From assembly GCA_963743915.1 (NCBI GenBank), contig CAVURN010000005.1, positions 448,001 to 512,000 on the forward strand: a stretch of 64,000 nt of DNA, written 5' to 3'. The translations under genes were made by a program, and so were the position numbers. The notes under the pieces are model-generated. The model searched no databases. It was given only the letters and a program-made list of their open reading frames with translations, and was not told where the DNA came from. Origin of the DNA: an uncultured Actinomycetota bacterium. GTDB lineage: Bacteria; Actinomycetota; Actinomycetes; JAHEKZ01. This document shows positions 38,040-46,765 of the stretch, one piece after another; position 1 is the first letter of the stretch, and the number at the start of each line of letters is the position of its first letter.

Positions 38040-40960
38040 AACCGCTCGACCCGGTCGATCCCCTCGACCGCCGGTTGCGCGAGCCGCGCCGCCAGCTCGA
38101 AACGCCGGTGCCACTGGCCGCCTGACCAGGCGAGTGCTCGGGCCAGGCCGTCCAACGTCACCGCGTGGACCTCGCCGTCGTCGGCCACCCACCAGTCCAC
38201 CTCTGTGCCGCCGACCTCGAGCTGGTCGTGCTCGCGGTAGACCGTCGGCCACCCGCCGTGCACGGGCAGCGCCGGAACGGCCTGCCGCGTGCCGCCGGTG
38301 AGAGACGCCCCGCATCGGGCGTCGTCGCTGGTGTCCAGGTCGAGCACGTCGGCAAGACGAGGAGGCCCGGGAACGTGCGGCGTCCGCAGCACCAGCGCGT
38401 GGTGCGGCGCGACGGCGACCACCACCTCGGCGGCGTCCACGACGCGCGTCTGACCCTCGACCACCGCCCGCACCCGCTCCGGCGGCTCGGGCAGCTCGTC
38501 GACGTCGGCGAGCACCCGGCACACCTCCACGAGCAGGTCCCTGTCGACCGCGACGTCCTCGTCGGCGAGCATCTCGAGCAGCTCGTCGACCCCGTCCGGC
38601 GTCGACACCCAGTCCTCCAGCGTCGTGTGGACACCCAGTGCCCGCAGCAGGCCGTCGTCGGTACCGGGGGGACGCGCTGCCACGGGGAAGAACGCGGCGA
38701 GCCGGTCGTCGCCGGAGAGCCGGACCTCGACGGGGCAGCGGCCCTCGAGCAGAGGTGCCTCGTGGAGCCACCACGCAGAGGGCGACGGCACGGCGACGCG
38801 ACGTCCGTCGGCGGTGAGAATCAGGGTGTCCGTGGTGATGGCGCCACGCACGTCCGGCTCGGCGAGCAGTCCGAAGGCCTCGGCCGCGCCGCCGAGCAGC
38901 TCGACTCCGCGCACCACCGTCACCTCGAGGGCGAGCAGCTCCCCCGGATCGTCCGCACCCACCCGGTCGGCCACCGAGAGGCACCAGCTGCCTCCGTCGG
39001 CGACCAGTCCGTCCCACACATCGGGGTCGAGCGGCTGCTCGTGCAGCGTCACCGGGACCAGCCCTGCCAGGACTCCAAGGGCAGCCCAACCCCCAGTCGC
39101 GCGCGCCTGGGCGGACGCCAGACGTGGCACGTCCGCACCCACCACCTGGTCGAGCTGCGAACCGGGCAGCACGACGGACGCCGCACGCTCCCATCCGCCA
39201 CTCTCCACCGGAACCGGGACCTCGCCGAGCGAGGCGAGCCCACCCGGACCGACGCCCGCCTCGGCGAGCAGCCGAGCTGCCGCCACCAGCATCGAGCGCG
39301 CTCGATCCTCATCGTGTGCCACGGCGTCCTCGACGCGGCGGACGAATGCGGTGTCGAGCACCGCGGCGACGTCGAAGGGCCGCGCTCCCAGGCGGGTCAG
39401 CAACCGGTGGGACGCCTCTTCCGCCACCACCTCCGCACCGAGCAGGCTGAGCGTCTCGGCGTGTCCCTCCGGCTGCACGACACCGCGCGCACCGCGCACG
39501 ACTCGACCGTCGGCCAGCGGCACGGGGATGCCCTCGAGCATCGTCGCGTCCAGCGTCTCGGCCGCGTCATAGACGGCGTGCCAATCCGCCGGTGAGATCG
39601 GCAAGGTGGCCGCGACGTCCCAGATCTCGGCCAGGGACCGCTCCTCCAGACCCAGGCCCCGCAGCACCGTGAGGTGCGGGTACCAGTCGGGGTGCAGCAG
39701 GTCGAGGAGGTGCGGCGCGAGCGCCCGCACCAGACCGGCGTCGGCCGGGGCGAGCGCCACCACCTCGTGCAGCTGGACGAGGCGGGCGTCCTGGGCCCGC
39801 ATGACGAGCGGATGGCGTCGGAGCCACTCCCGGACGCCGTCACGGAGGGCGTGGTCGAGCCACCCCACCATCGTCCGCGGCCCGGGGATCAGCGCGGCCG
39901 CTGCGTCCGGCCCGTGGCTCCGGGCGGACTCGACCACAGCGGAGCCGTAGGCGACGACCAGCGCCGCGATGACCTCGTCGGCGTCCTCGCCCTCGACCAC
40001 GTGACGTCGGGTGGCGTCCAGCGGCAGGTCGGCGACGACGAGCACCGGCAGGTCGAGCGGGTCGTCCGTGGGGGTCGGTGCGTGCGCCACGCGCGCCACC
40101 GAGGCCGGGAGTGGCACCGGCACACCCTCGGCCGTCACGGGAACCGCGATGGTCGCCTGGTTCTGCCCGCGCAGCAGCGGACCGGCCGGCAACGGCTGCT
40201 CCTGCTCCTCGGACGGCTCGCCGCCGACGGTTCGGATCCACCAGTGGCGCGCCGTTCCGTCCTCCACGACGACCGTCGGCGACCGGTCACGGGACACCTG
40301 CCAGTGGTGCCGCTCGCCGTCGATCTCGACGACGACCTCGTCGAGATGGAGCAGGGCGAGCAGCAGCGCGTCGTCGATCTCCCGGACCGACGCCTCCGCC
40401 ACCCGGCGGGCAGCTGCGTCCCGCCAGGGCAGCACCACCGCGGTGTCGTATCCCGGGGGCGGAGGAACGTCGGTCGGGAAGGGCAGGCGCAACGCAGGCA
40501 CCGCATCGGAATGTCGTTCGCAGCGGGCCGCCACCCGCGTGGCCTCACGGTCGAACCGGACTCCGCCGTTGCGTGAGCGCACCTCCGGTGCGTCGGTCAC
40601 TGCGAGCACCGCGGCGAACCCCACGCCGAACCGTCCTACCGCGCCGGTCTCCTTGTTCGAGGCCCGCATGGCGGCCAGCGACTCCACCCCAGCACGGTCG
40701 AGGGGAGCTCCGGAGTTCGCCGCCGTGAGGCCGTCGGCGTCCAGTCGCAGCAGCAGCCGGCCGGGGACGCCTGCCGCGCGGGCGGCGTCCGCGGCGTTCT
40801 GCGCGAGCTCGACGACGAGACGGTCGCGGTAGGCACCGAGCGCGTAGTCCTGCTCGACGTTGGCGTCCTCGCGCAGTCGCGTGGGGGACGCGGTCCACGC
40901 GTCGAGCACCGCAGCGCGCAGGGCCGCAGTGTCGAACGGGTCAGGCGTCGACGGGCTCAA
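38027..40960 (-). CDS. Sacsin-N-like GHKL ATPase domain protein (~980 aa)
   Basis: YRDRLVVELAQNAADA, ANSGAPL, RASNK..VGRFGVGFAAV Bergerat-fold motifs. Confidence 0.85.
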   Translation of the reverse strand: MSPSTPDPFDTAALRAAVLDAWTASPTRLREDANVEQDYALGAYRDRLVVELAQNAADAARAAGVPGRLLLRLDADGLTAANSGAPLDRAGVESLAAMRASNKETGAVGRFGVGFAAVLAVTDAPEVRSRNGGVRFDREATRVAARCERHSDAVPALRLPFPTDVPPPPGYDTAVVLPWRDAAARRVAEASVREIDDALLLALLHLDEVVVEIDGERHHWQVSRDRSPTVVVEDGTARHWWIRTVGGEPSEEQEQPLPAGPLLRGQNQATIAVPVTAEGVPVPLPASVARVAHAPTPTDDPLDLPVLVVADLPLDATRRHVVEGEDADEVIAALVVAYGSAVVESARSHGPDAAAALIPGPRTMVGWLDHALRDGVREWLRRHPLVMRAQDARLVQLHEVVALAPADAGLVRALAPHLLDLLHPDWYPHLTVLRGLGLEERSLAEIWDVAATLPISPADWHAVYDAAETLDATMLEGIPVPLADGRVVRGARGVVQPEGHAETLSLLGAEVVAEEASHRLLTRLGARPFDVAAVLDTAFVRRVEDAVAHDEDRARSMLVAAARLLAEAGVGPGGLASLGEVPVPVESGGWERAASVVLPGSQLDQVVGADVPRLASAQARATGGWAALGVLAGLVPVTLHEQPLDPDVWDGLVADGGSWCLSVADRVGADDPGELLALEVTVVRGVELLGGAAEAFGLLAEPDVRGAITTDTLILTADGRRVAVPSPSAWWLHEAPLLEGRCPVEVRLSGDDRLAAFFPVAARPPGTDDGLLRALGVHTTLEDWVSTPDGVDELLEMLADEDVAVDRDLLVEVCRVLADVDELPEPPERVRAVVEGQTRVVDAAEVVVAVAPHHALVLRTPHVPGPPRLADVLDLDTSDDARCGASLTGGTRQAVPALPVHGGWPTVYREHDQLEVGGTEVDWWVADDGEVHAVTLDGLARALAWSGGQWHRRFELAARLAQPAVEGIDRVERFYDA

Positions 40961-41840
40961 CGGCCGGCGCCTCTGCCGCATCCGGCACCTCGACGGCATC
41001 CGTCGCATCGACAGCATCCGTCGCCTCGACCGTCTCGACCTCGACAGCGTCCGGCACCTCGACGGTCTCGAAGCCGACCTCGTCGATCACCGGTGCCGGC
41101 CGGTCGGCCATGGTCGGGACGACTACCGCCTCGGAGTGGGCGCCGCATCCGAAGTCGAGGGCCACGACGTGCCCGTCACTGGGCGACAGCTCGTTGGCGC
41201 ACAGCCCGAAGGCGTGTCCCAGGCGGCCATGCACCGGCAGCCGGAAGCCGCAGGTGGCACAGCGGGCGGGGGCCGCCTGCGCCATGGGGGCGTCGGGGCC
41301 GTGCTCACCGGCCTGCCAGCGATCCACCGCGTCGTCGATGCCGATCGGGCTGAGCACGCGGGGACGCACCAGGTCGAGCTCGACGGCGACCGCCAGCCCC
41401 ACCTCGGCGTCAGGGTCGTCGATCTCGTCGTCACCGCTGCTGATCGCCCCCGCGTTCCATCCGGGTTCGAGCCGCGGGTCGTCCTCGTCGGTGGGCAGCA
41501 GGTCGCCCACGCCCAGGTCACCGGGGCGCAGCCGCTCGGTCCACGGCACCCACGCCGGTGGGAGCAGGGCTTCCGGACCCGGCAGCAGCACGGTCTCGCC
41601 CACGGTGACGGTGCGGGCCCGCGAGGCGCGCATGACCGTCACCGCCCAGCGCCACCCGCGGTATCCCGGCATGTTGGCGGCGAACAGGTGGGCGACCACC
41701 CGGTCACCGTCCGCCTCGACTCCGAGGTGCTCGCCGACCGTTTCCGGGTCGACGCTCTCCAGGAGGGCCGCGCGCGCGGCGTCCACCGCCTCGGCGCAGA
41801 CGGCGTCCGGCACGGCTCGCTTGGCGGTCATCAGGGTCAC
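40941..41840 (-). CDS. DUF3027 protein
   Basis: PGYRGWRWAV, PAWVPWTERLRPGDLG, CATCGF...GLCAN..SPSDG.VV..DFGCGAHS; acidic repeat tail. Confidence 0.9.
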   Translation of the reverse strand: MTLMTAKRAVPDAVCAEAVDAARAALLESVDPETVGEHLGVEADGDRVVAHLFAANMPGYRGWRWAVTVMRASRARTVTVGETVLLPGPEALLPPAWVPWTERLRPGDLGVGDLLPTDEDDPRLEPGWNAGAISSGDDEIDDPDAEVGLAVAVELDLVRPRVLSPIGIDDAVDRWQAGEHGPDAPMAQAAPARCATCGFRLPVHGRLGHAFGLCANELSPSDGHVVALDFGCGAHSEAVVVPTMADRPAPVIDEVGFETVEVPDAVEVETVEATDAVDATDAVEVPDAAEAPAVEPVDA

Positions 41841-41904
41841 GGTCAGCAAGGGTAGCCTCGTGCCCCGGCACCTCCACCCTTCGCCTCATCGGGAGCCTGT
41901 CCAC

Positions 41905-42405
41905 ATGCCCTCGGCCCGCTCGCTGGTCCTCGCCCTCGCCGTCCCGGTGGCCGCACTCGCGCTGACCGCGTGCGACAAGCCGGCGCCCAGCGCGACGATC
42001 TTCTCGGGCTCGACCTCCGAGCACCGCGAGGCGCTGTGCTGGTCCTTCGACGCGGACCGTGCCTACACCGCTGACGACTGCGCGGTGGACGTCGCCGCGG
42101 CTCAGTCGCAGCAGTCGGTGTTCGCCGCCCTGGACGAGTACCTGGCCACCCTCGAGGTGACGCCGGGCGACGTCGTGGGCATCAGTGTCGACCCGGAGGT
42201 CGCCGAAATCGGCTGGAGCGTCACCGTCAACGGGCGCCCACTGCACCGCGAGCTGCTCACCGAGACGTACTTCCGCTTCACCATGCCGCCCCAGCCGCTG
42301 CGACGCGGAACGGCTGAGCTGCAGATCCAAGCGGCGGCCGAGGACGGCACCAGCGCACGCGGCTTCTGGGTGTTCCGCCTCGCGGACGCGACGGCGTCCG
42401 ACTAG
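41905..42405 (+). CDS. Lipoprotein, DUF2771-like
   Basis: Lipobox LTAC; ISVDPEVAEIGW; position matches the Rv0875c neighbourhood. Confidence 0.7.
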   Translation: MPSARSLVLALAVPVAALALTACDKPAPSATIFSGSTSEHREALCWSFDADRAYTADDCAVDVAAAQSQQSVFAALDEYLATLEVTPGDVVGISVDPEVAEIGWSVTVNGRPLHRELLTETYFRFTMPPQPLRRGTAELQIQAAAEDGTSARGFWVFRLADATASD

Positions 42406-42430
42406 CGCGGATCAGCGCCGACGGGGCCCG

Positions 42431-42808
42431 TCAGTCGAGGTCGTCGGCGACGGCGCGCAACAGCTTGGCGATCTTCTCCGCCTCGGGCGGGGCCGGCTGA
42501 CGTCCGCGGCGCAGCCCGTTGCCGAGCTTGTCGAGCAGCTTGATGAGGTCCTCGACGATGATCGCCATGTCCTCAGGCGACTTCCGCGCCGTCGCGACGG
42601 TTGCCGGGGCGTCGAGCACCCGCACCGACAGCGCCTGCTCACCACGGCGCCCCTCGGCCACGCCGAACTCGACGCGCGAGCCGGGCTTGAGGGCCGTGAG
42701 GCCGTCGGGCAGCGCCGACTGGTGGACGAAGACCTCGCCGCCGTCGTCCCGGCTGAGGAACCCGAATCCCTTGTCGGTGTCGAACCACTTGACCTTGCCC
42801 GTGGGCAC
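42431..42808 (-). CDS. cspB: Cold-shock domain protein (long actinobacterial CspB type)
   Basis: PTGKVKWFDTDKGFGF, VFVH, C-terminal EDLIKLLD...LLRAVAD extension. Confidence 0.9.
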   Translation of the reverse strand: MPTGKVKWFDTDKGFGFLSRDDGGEVFVHQSALPDGLTALKPGSRVEFGVAEGRRGEQALSVRVLDAPATVATARKSPEDMAIIVEDLIKLLDKLGNGLRRGRQPAPPEAEKIAKLLRAVADDLD

Positions 42809-42942
42809 GGCACACCTCACGCTTCTCGTATGGGCATCGCCTGACGGGGGCGCCAGGCTGGTCCCGCGGGGAACGGGAACCTCCAGAGTAGTTGCCAGGG
42901 TGTGCCGAACCCCAACGGGTTTGCCGCCCGTACCCTGGGCGC

Positions 42943-43233
42943 GTGTCCACCCCCCGCGCCACACGCCCGGCAGGCGACACCCTGCTCCGTGCAGGAGCGG
43001 TGCTGGTCGGCGTCGGGTTCGTCGCGTCCCTGGTGACCGTGGTGCCCTTCCTCGTCGGGGGCGAGCCGCTCCCGCTCGTGGCGTACCTCCTGGCACTGCT
43101 GGCCCCGCTCGGGCTCGGCGTGGTGCTGGTGGCTCTCTGGCTCAAGGCCCGAGGTCGACGGAGCCGGCTCGCTGCGGCAGCGTCCGACACCCAGGACGCG
43201 ACCGGCGAGACCCACGCGACCACCACCGATTAG
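42943..43233 (+). CDS. Small two-TM membrane protein
   Basis: Two hydrophobic helices; TACCCT-N5-GTG leaderless-like signal. Confidence 0.7.
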   Translation: MSTPRATRPAGDTLLRAGAVLVGVGFVASLVTVVPFLVGGEPLPLVAYLLALLAPLGLGVVLVALWLKARGRRSRLAAAASDTQDATGETHATTTD

Positions 43234-43238
43234 CCGAG

Positions 43239-43318
43239 TACCGGTGATCGGAGCATTTCAGTCACTTCGACGCCGGCGCACGGGTGGTGGGTTGACTGAA
43301 ATGCTTCGATCACCGGTA
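43239..43318. repeat. 26-bp near-perfect inverted repeat with 28-nt spacer (REP-like/terminator)
   Basis: TACCGGTGATCGGAGCATTTCAGTCA ... TGACTGAAATGCTTCGATCACCGGTA, one G-T pair. Confidence 0.85.
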
Positions 43319-43368
43319 GGGGGCGACCCGCGGGGCGTGCGGCCCGGCGGTCGCCTACCGTGGGTCGG

Positions 43369-45633
43369 ATGACCACTCGGAGCCTCGCCGACGACCTGCG
43401 CAGCCGCAGTGACGAGTCGCTCCGTGCACTGCTCGGCAGGCGCCCCGACCTCGCGACGCCCCCTCCCGCAGACATCGCCGCCCTCGCCGCACGCTCGGTC
43501 ACGCAGGCCGCCACCGCACGGGCGCTGGACCACCTGACCCGCTTCGAGCTCCAGGTGCTCGAGGTCGTGGTGCTGGTCCCCGAGCCGTTCACCGCAGCAG
43601 ATGTCCACCACCTGATGCCCGACGCACCGACCGACGTCGTGGACGCGGTGCTCGAGAACCTGGTCGCCCTCGCCCTCGTCTGGGGCGAACCGGACGCGTG
43701 GCGTCCGACCGTCACGGTGCGCGAGGTCATCGGTCGGTTCCCCGCCGGGCTCGGTCCGAGCCTCGACCAGCTCGGGGGAGGCGACCCGGACGCACTGGTC
43801 GCGCTGCTCGCGACCGCCCCTGAGGAGGCGCGAGGCGTCGTCGACGCCCTCACCTGGCACACCCCGACCGGACGTGTGCGCGACGCGGACCGAACGGTCG
43901 AACCGGAGTCGGCGCAGAGCCCGGTCGAGTGGCTGTTGGCGCATGAGGTGCTGCGACCGCTGGACAAGGGCACCGTCGTGCTGCCCCGCGAGGTTGCGCT
44001 GCGGCTGCGTGGTGGGCGGCTGCACCAGGTCACCGACGTGACCTGCCCGGAGGCAGAGCTGCACCACCATGACCCGCTGGTGGTCGACCGGCTGGCGTCC
44101 GGCACTGCGGCCCAGGTGGTCCGCTGGGTGCAGCTGATGCTCGATCACGCGGCGGTGGCGCCGCCCGGCGTCCTGCGCAGCGGTGGCCTGGGGGTGCGGG
44201 AGCTCCGGTCCGCGGCCGCGGCGATCGACGTCGACGAGTCGTTGGCCGCCCTCGTGGTCGAGGTGGCCTGGGGGGCCGGTCTGCTGGCCAGCAGCGGTGA
44301 GGTCGCCGACGAGTGGCTGCCGACCCCGGCGTACGACCTCTGGCGCACGCAGGACACCGCCGACCGCTGGATGCAGCTGGCCGAAGCCTGGCTCGGGACG
44401 CCGCATGTCGCCAGCCTGGTCGGCCAGCGGGATGGTGCCGACAACCGGGTCAACGCCCTCACCCCCGAGGTGGAGCGGATCGTCGCGCCCGACATCCGGC
44501 GTTGGGTGCTCGAGGACCTCGCCTCCCTGGGCGCGGGCACCGCCGCCTCCGTCGAGTCGATGGTGCACCGTCACGAGTGGCGGCGTCCGCGACGCGGGGG
44601 ACGCCAACGGGACGACCTCGTGCGGTGGACTCTTCACGAGGCGAACGCGCTCGGCCTCTGCGCGCGCGGGGCGGTGAGCAGCTTCGGACGCGTGCTGCTG
44701 GGCGGCGACACCGCGGACGCCGCCGCTCTCCTGCACGAGCTCATGCCGGAGCCCGTCGACCACATCCTGCTGCAGGCGGACCTCACGGCGGTGGCGCCCG
44801 GACCGCTGCGCGACGACCTCGCACGGCAGCTCGCGCTGCTGGCCGACGTCGAGTCCTCGGGCGGAGCCACGGTGTACCGCTTCACGGCACGGTCGGTGCA
44901 GCGTGCTCTGGACGCCGGACGCACCGCGTCGGAGTGCCACGCGTTCCTCGAGGCGGTGAGCCGCACGCCGGTCCCCCAACCGCTCACCTACCTGGTCGAC
45001 GACGTGGCCCGCCGACACGGTCTCCTGCGGGTAGGCACCGCTGTGTCCTATCTGCGCTGCGACGACACTGCGGTTCTCGACGAGCTTCTGGCGGGCCGGG
45101 GGTCGCAGACCTTGCGCCTGCGACGGCTGGCCCCGACCGTCGCGGTGTCGCCGGTCACCCCGGAGGTGCTGCTCGACCGGTTGCGCGAGCTGGGACTCTC
45201 GCCGGCGGCGGAGTCGCCGGACGGCAGCGTCGTGGTCTCGCGCCCCGACGAGCGGCGCACCGGCCCACGCAGCCTGCCGCAGCGACTGACCCTCGACCCT
45301 CCCGCTCTCCCCGATGCGGTGGCCGCCTCCCTCGTGCGCGCGCTGCGGGCCGGCGAACGAGGAGCGGCCCGCGGGCCCACCGTCCGCGGACCCGGACTCG
45401 GCTCAGAGGTGCCGCGCACCGCCATGGCCCAGACCCTCCAGGTGCTCCAGGAGGCCATCGACCGCGGGGCATCGGTGTGGCTCGGCTACGTCGACAATGA
45501 CGGGGTCGGGGCCGAACGTGTCGTCGACCCGGTGACGCTCTCCGGTGGTCAGCTCACGGCCTTCGACCACCGCAGCGACGCGGTCCGACGCTTCGCGGTG
45601 CACCGCGTCACCGGCGTCGCGCTCGTGGAATGA
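43369..45633 (+). CDS. XPB-associated protein (Rv0862c-like; Helicase_C_3 domain plus C-terminal WYL-like domain)
   Basis: RRPDLATPPP, LQADLTAVAPGPL, ESSGGATVYRFT, VPQPLTYLVDDVARRHG; C-terminal YVD...RVVDP...RRFAVHRV. Confidence 0.9.
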   Translation: MTTRSLADDLRSRSDESLRALLGRRPDLATPPPADIAALAARSVTQAATARALDHLTRFELQVLEVVVLVPEPFTAADVHHLMPDAPTDVVDAVLENLVALALVWGEPDAWRPTVTVREVIGRFPAGLGPSLDQLGGGDPDALVALLATAPEEARGVVDALTWHTPTGRVRDADRTVEPESAQSPVEWLLAHEVLRPLDKGTVVLPREVALRLRGGRLHQVTDVTCPEAELHHHDPLVVDRLASGTAAQVVRWVQLMLDHAAVAPPGVLRSGGLGVRELRSAAAAIDVDESLAALVVEVAWGAGLLASSGEVADEWLPTPAYDLWRTQDTADRWMQLAEAWLGTPHVASLVGQRDGADNRVNALTPEVERIVAPDIRRWVLEDLASLGAGTAASVESMVHRHEWRRPRRGGRQRDDLVRWTLHEANALGLCARGAVSSFGRVLLGGDTADAAALLHELMPEPVDHILLQADLTAVAPGPLRDDLARQLALLADVESSGGATVYRFTARSVQRALDAGRTASECHAFLEAVSRTPVPQPLTYLVDDVARRHGLLRVGTAVSYLRCDDTAVLDELLAGRGSQTLRLRRLAPTVAVSPVTPEVLLDRLRELGLSPAAESPDGSVVVSRPDERRTGPRSLPQRLTLDPPALPDAVAASLVRALRAGERGAARGPTVRGPGLGSEVPRTAMAQTLQVLQEAIDRGASVWLGYVDNDGVGAERVVDPVTLSGGQLTAFDHRSDAVRRFAVHRVTGVALVE

Positions 45634-45648
45634 CGCTAGCCTCAGCGC

Positions 45649-46752
45649 GTGACCGCTGAGCCGCAGGAGTCGTTCCTGTCCCGAGCAGTGTCCGGGGCAC
45701 TCGATGCCACCGTGGGCCGCGTCGAGGACCGCGTGGTCGCCACCACGCAGGGTGTGATCGACGACCTGGAGCCCTACCTCGCTGAAGAGACGGTGCCCCG
45801 GCTGCTCGAGGCCTTGACGCCACACCTCGTCGAGCGGGTGGTTCCCGACATCATCGACGGTCTCACCGAGCGGCTGGCGACGACCACCGGCCCGCAGCTC
45901 GTGAGCGGCATGACCCCCGAGCTCGCCGACGAGCTGGTTCCGGTGCTGCTCGAGCGGATGCGTCCCTATCTGGTGGCCGAGCTCGTGCCAGCCGTCATCG
46001 ACGGGATCACCCCACGCCTGATCGAGACGACGGCTCCGCAGATCGTCGACGGGCTGCTGCCCCACATCCGGGAACGGGTCGTGCCCGTGATCCTCGACGA
46101 CTTCGTGGACGACCCGCGGGTGCGTGACCTGATCCGCGAGCAGAGCCTCGGGCTGCTGTGGGACGCGCTGGAGATCCTCCGGCGTGGTCTCGCGCGCGCT
46201 GACGACGTCGCCGAGGGCGTCTTGCGCAAGATGCTGTTCCGTGCACCAGCTGCTGACAGTGTTCCTGCCCACGAGCTGCCCCCGCGACGCGTCCGCTCCC
46301 ACGCCGGGCTCGTCACGCGATCGGTCGGCGCAGGCATCGACCTGGCCCTCATCTCGCTGCTCGCCGCCCAAGGACTGGCCATCGTGGTGGCGCTGCTCGG
46401 CGCCGTCGTCGACCCGATCCCCAAGGACGTCCTCGCCGTCATCACCTTCGGGTTCGCGATGCTCGGACCGCTCTACCTGGCGGTCGCGTGGCGGTCCTCG
46501 GGGCGCAGCATCGGGGGTGCCATCGCCGGCTTTGCCGTCGTAGGCACGGGCGACAAGCCCCTGCGTACCGGACGAGCACTCGTACGCGCACTCACGTCGT
46601 TCTTCCTCGCGCCGGTGTGGGCGGTCGGGATGATCGGCACCGCGTTCCACCCTTCTCGACGCTCGTGGGGTGACCGCCTGCTGGGGTCGCGGGCGCCGTA
46701 CCTCGTCCACGTCGAGCGGTCGACCACCCGCACCCGGTCCGAGTGGCACTGA
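45649..46752 (+). CDS. RDD family membrane protein with N-terminal 16-aa helical repeats
   Basis: AGLVTRSVGAGID, GRSIG, RALVR, RRSWGDRLLG. Confidence 0.85.
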   Translation: MTAEPQESFLSRAVSGALDATVGRVEDRVVATTQGVIDDLEPYLAEETVPRLLEALTPHLVERVVPDIIDGLTERLATTTGPQLVSGMTPELADELVPVLLERMRPYLVAELVPAVIDGITPRLIETTAPQIVDGLLPHIRERVVPVILDDFVDDPRVRDLIREQSLGLLWDALEILRRGLARADDVAEGVLRKMLFRAPAADSVPAHELPPRRVRSHAGLVTRSVGAGIDLALISLLAAQGLAIVVALLGAVVDPIPKDVLAVITFGFAMLGPLYLAVAWRSSGRSIGGAIAGFAVVGTGDKPLRTGRALVRALTSFFLAPVWAVGMIGTAFHPSRRSWGDRLLGSRAPYLVHVERSTTRTRSEWH

Positions 46753-46765
46753 GCGAGTCCTTGGC

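Noticed and set aside
40960-41075. Short tandem-like repeats (GACGGCATCCG/CCTCGAC units)
   Set aside because: They encode the acidic low-complexity tail of DUF3027 (EVPDA/EATDA). They are not a CRISPR array or an iteron set.
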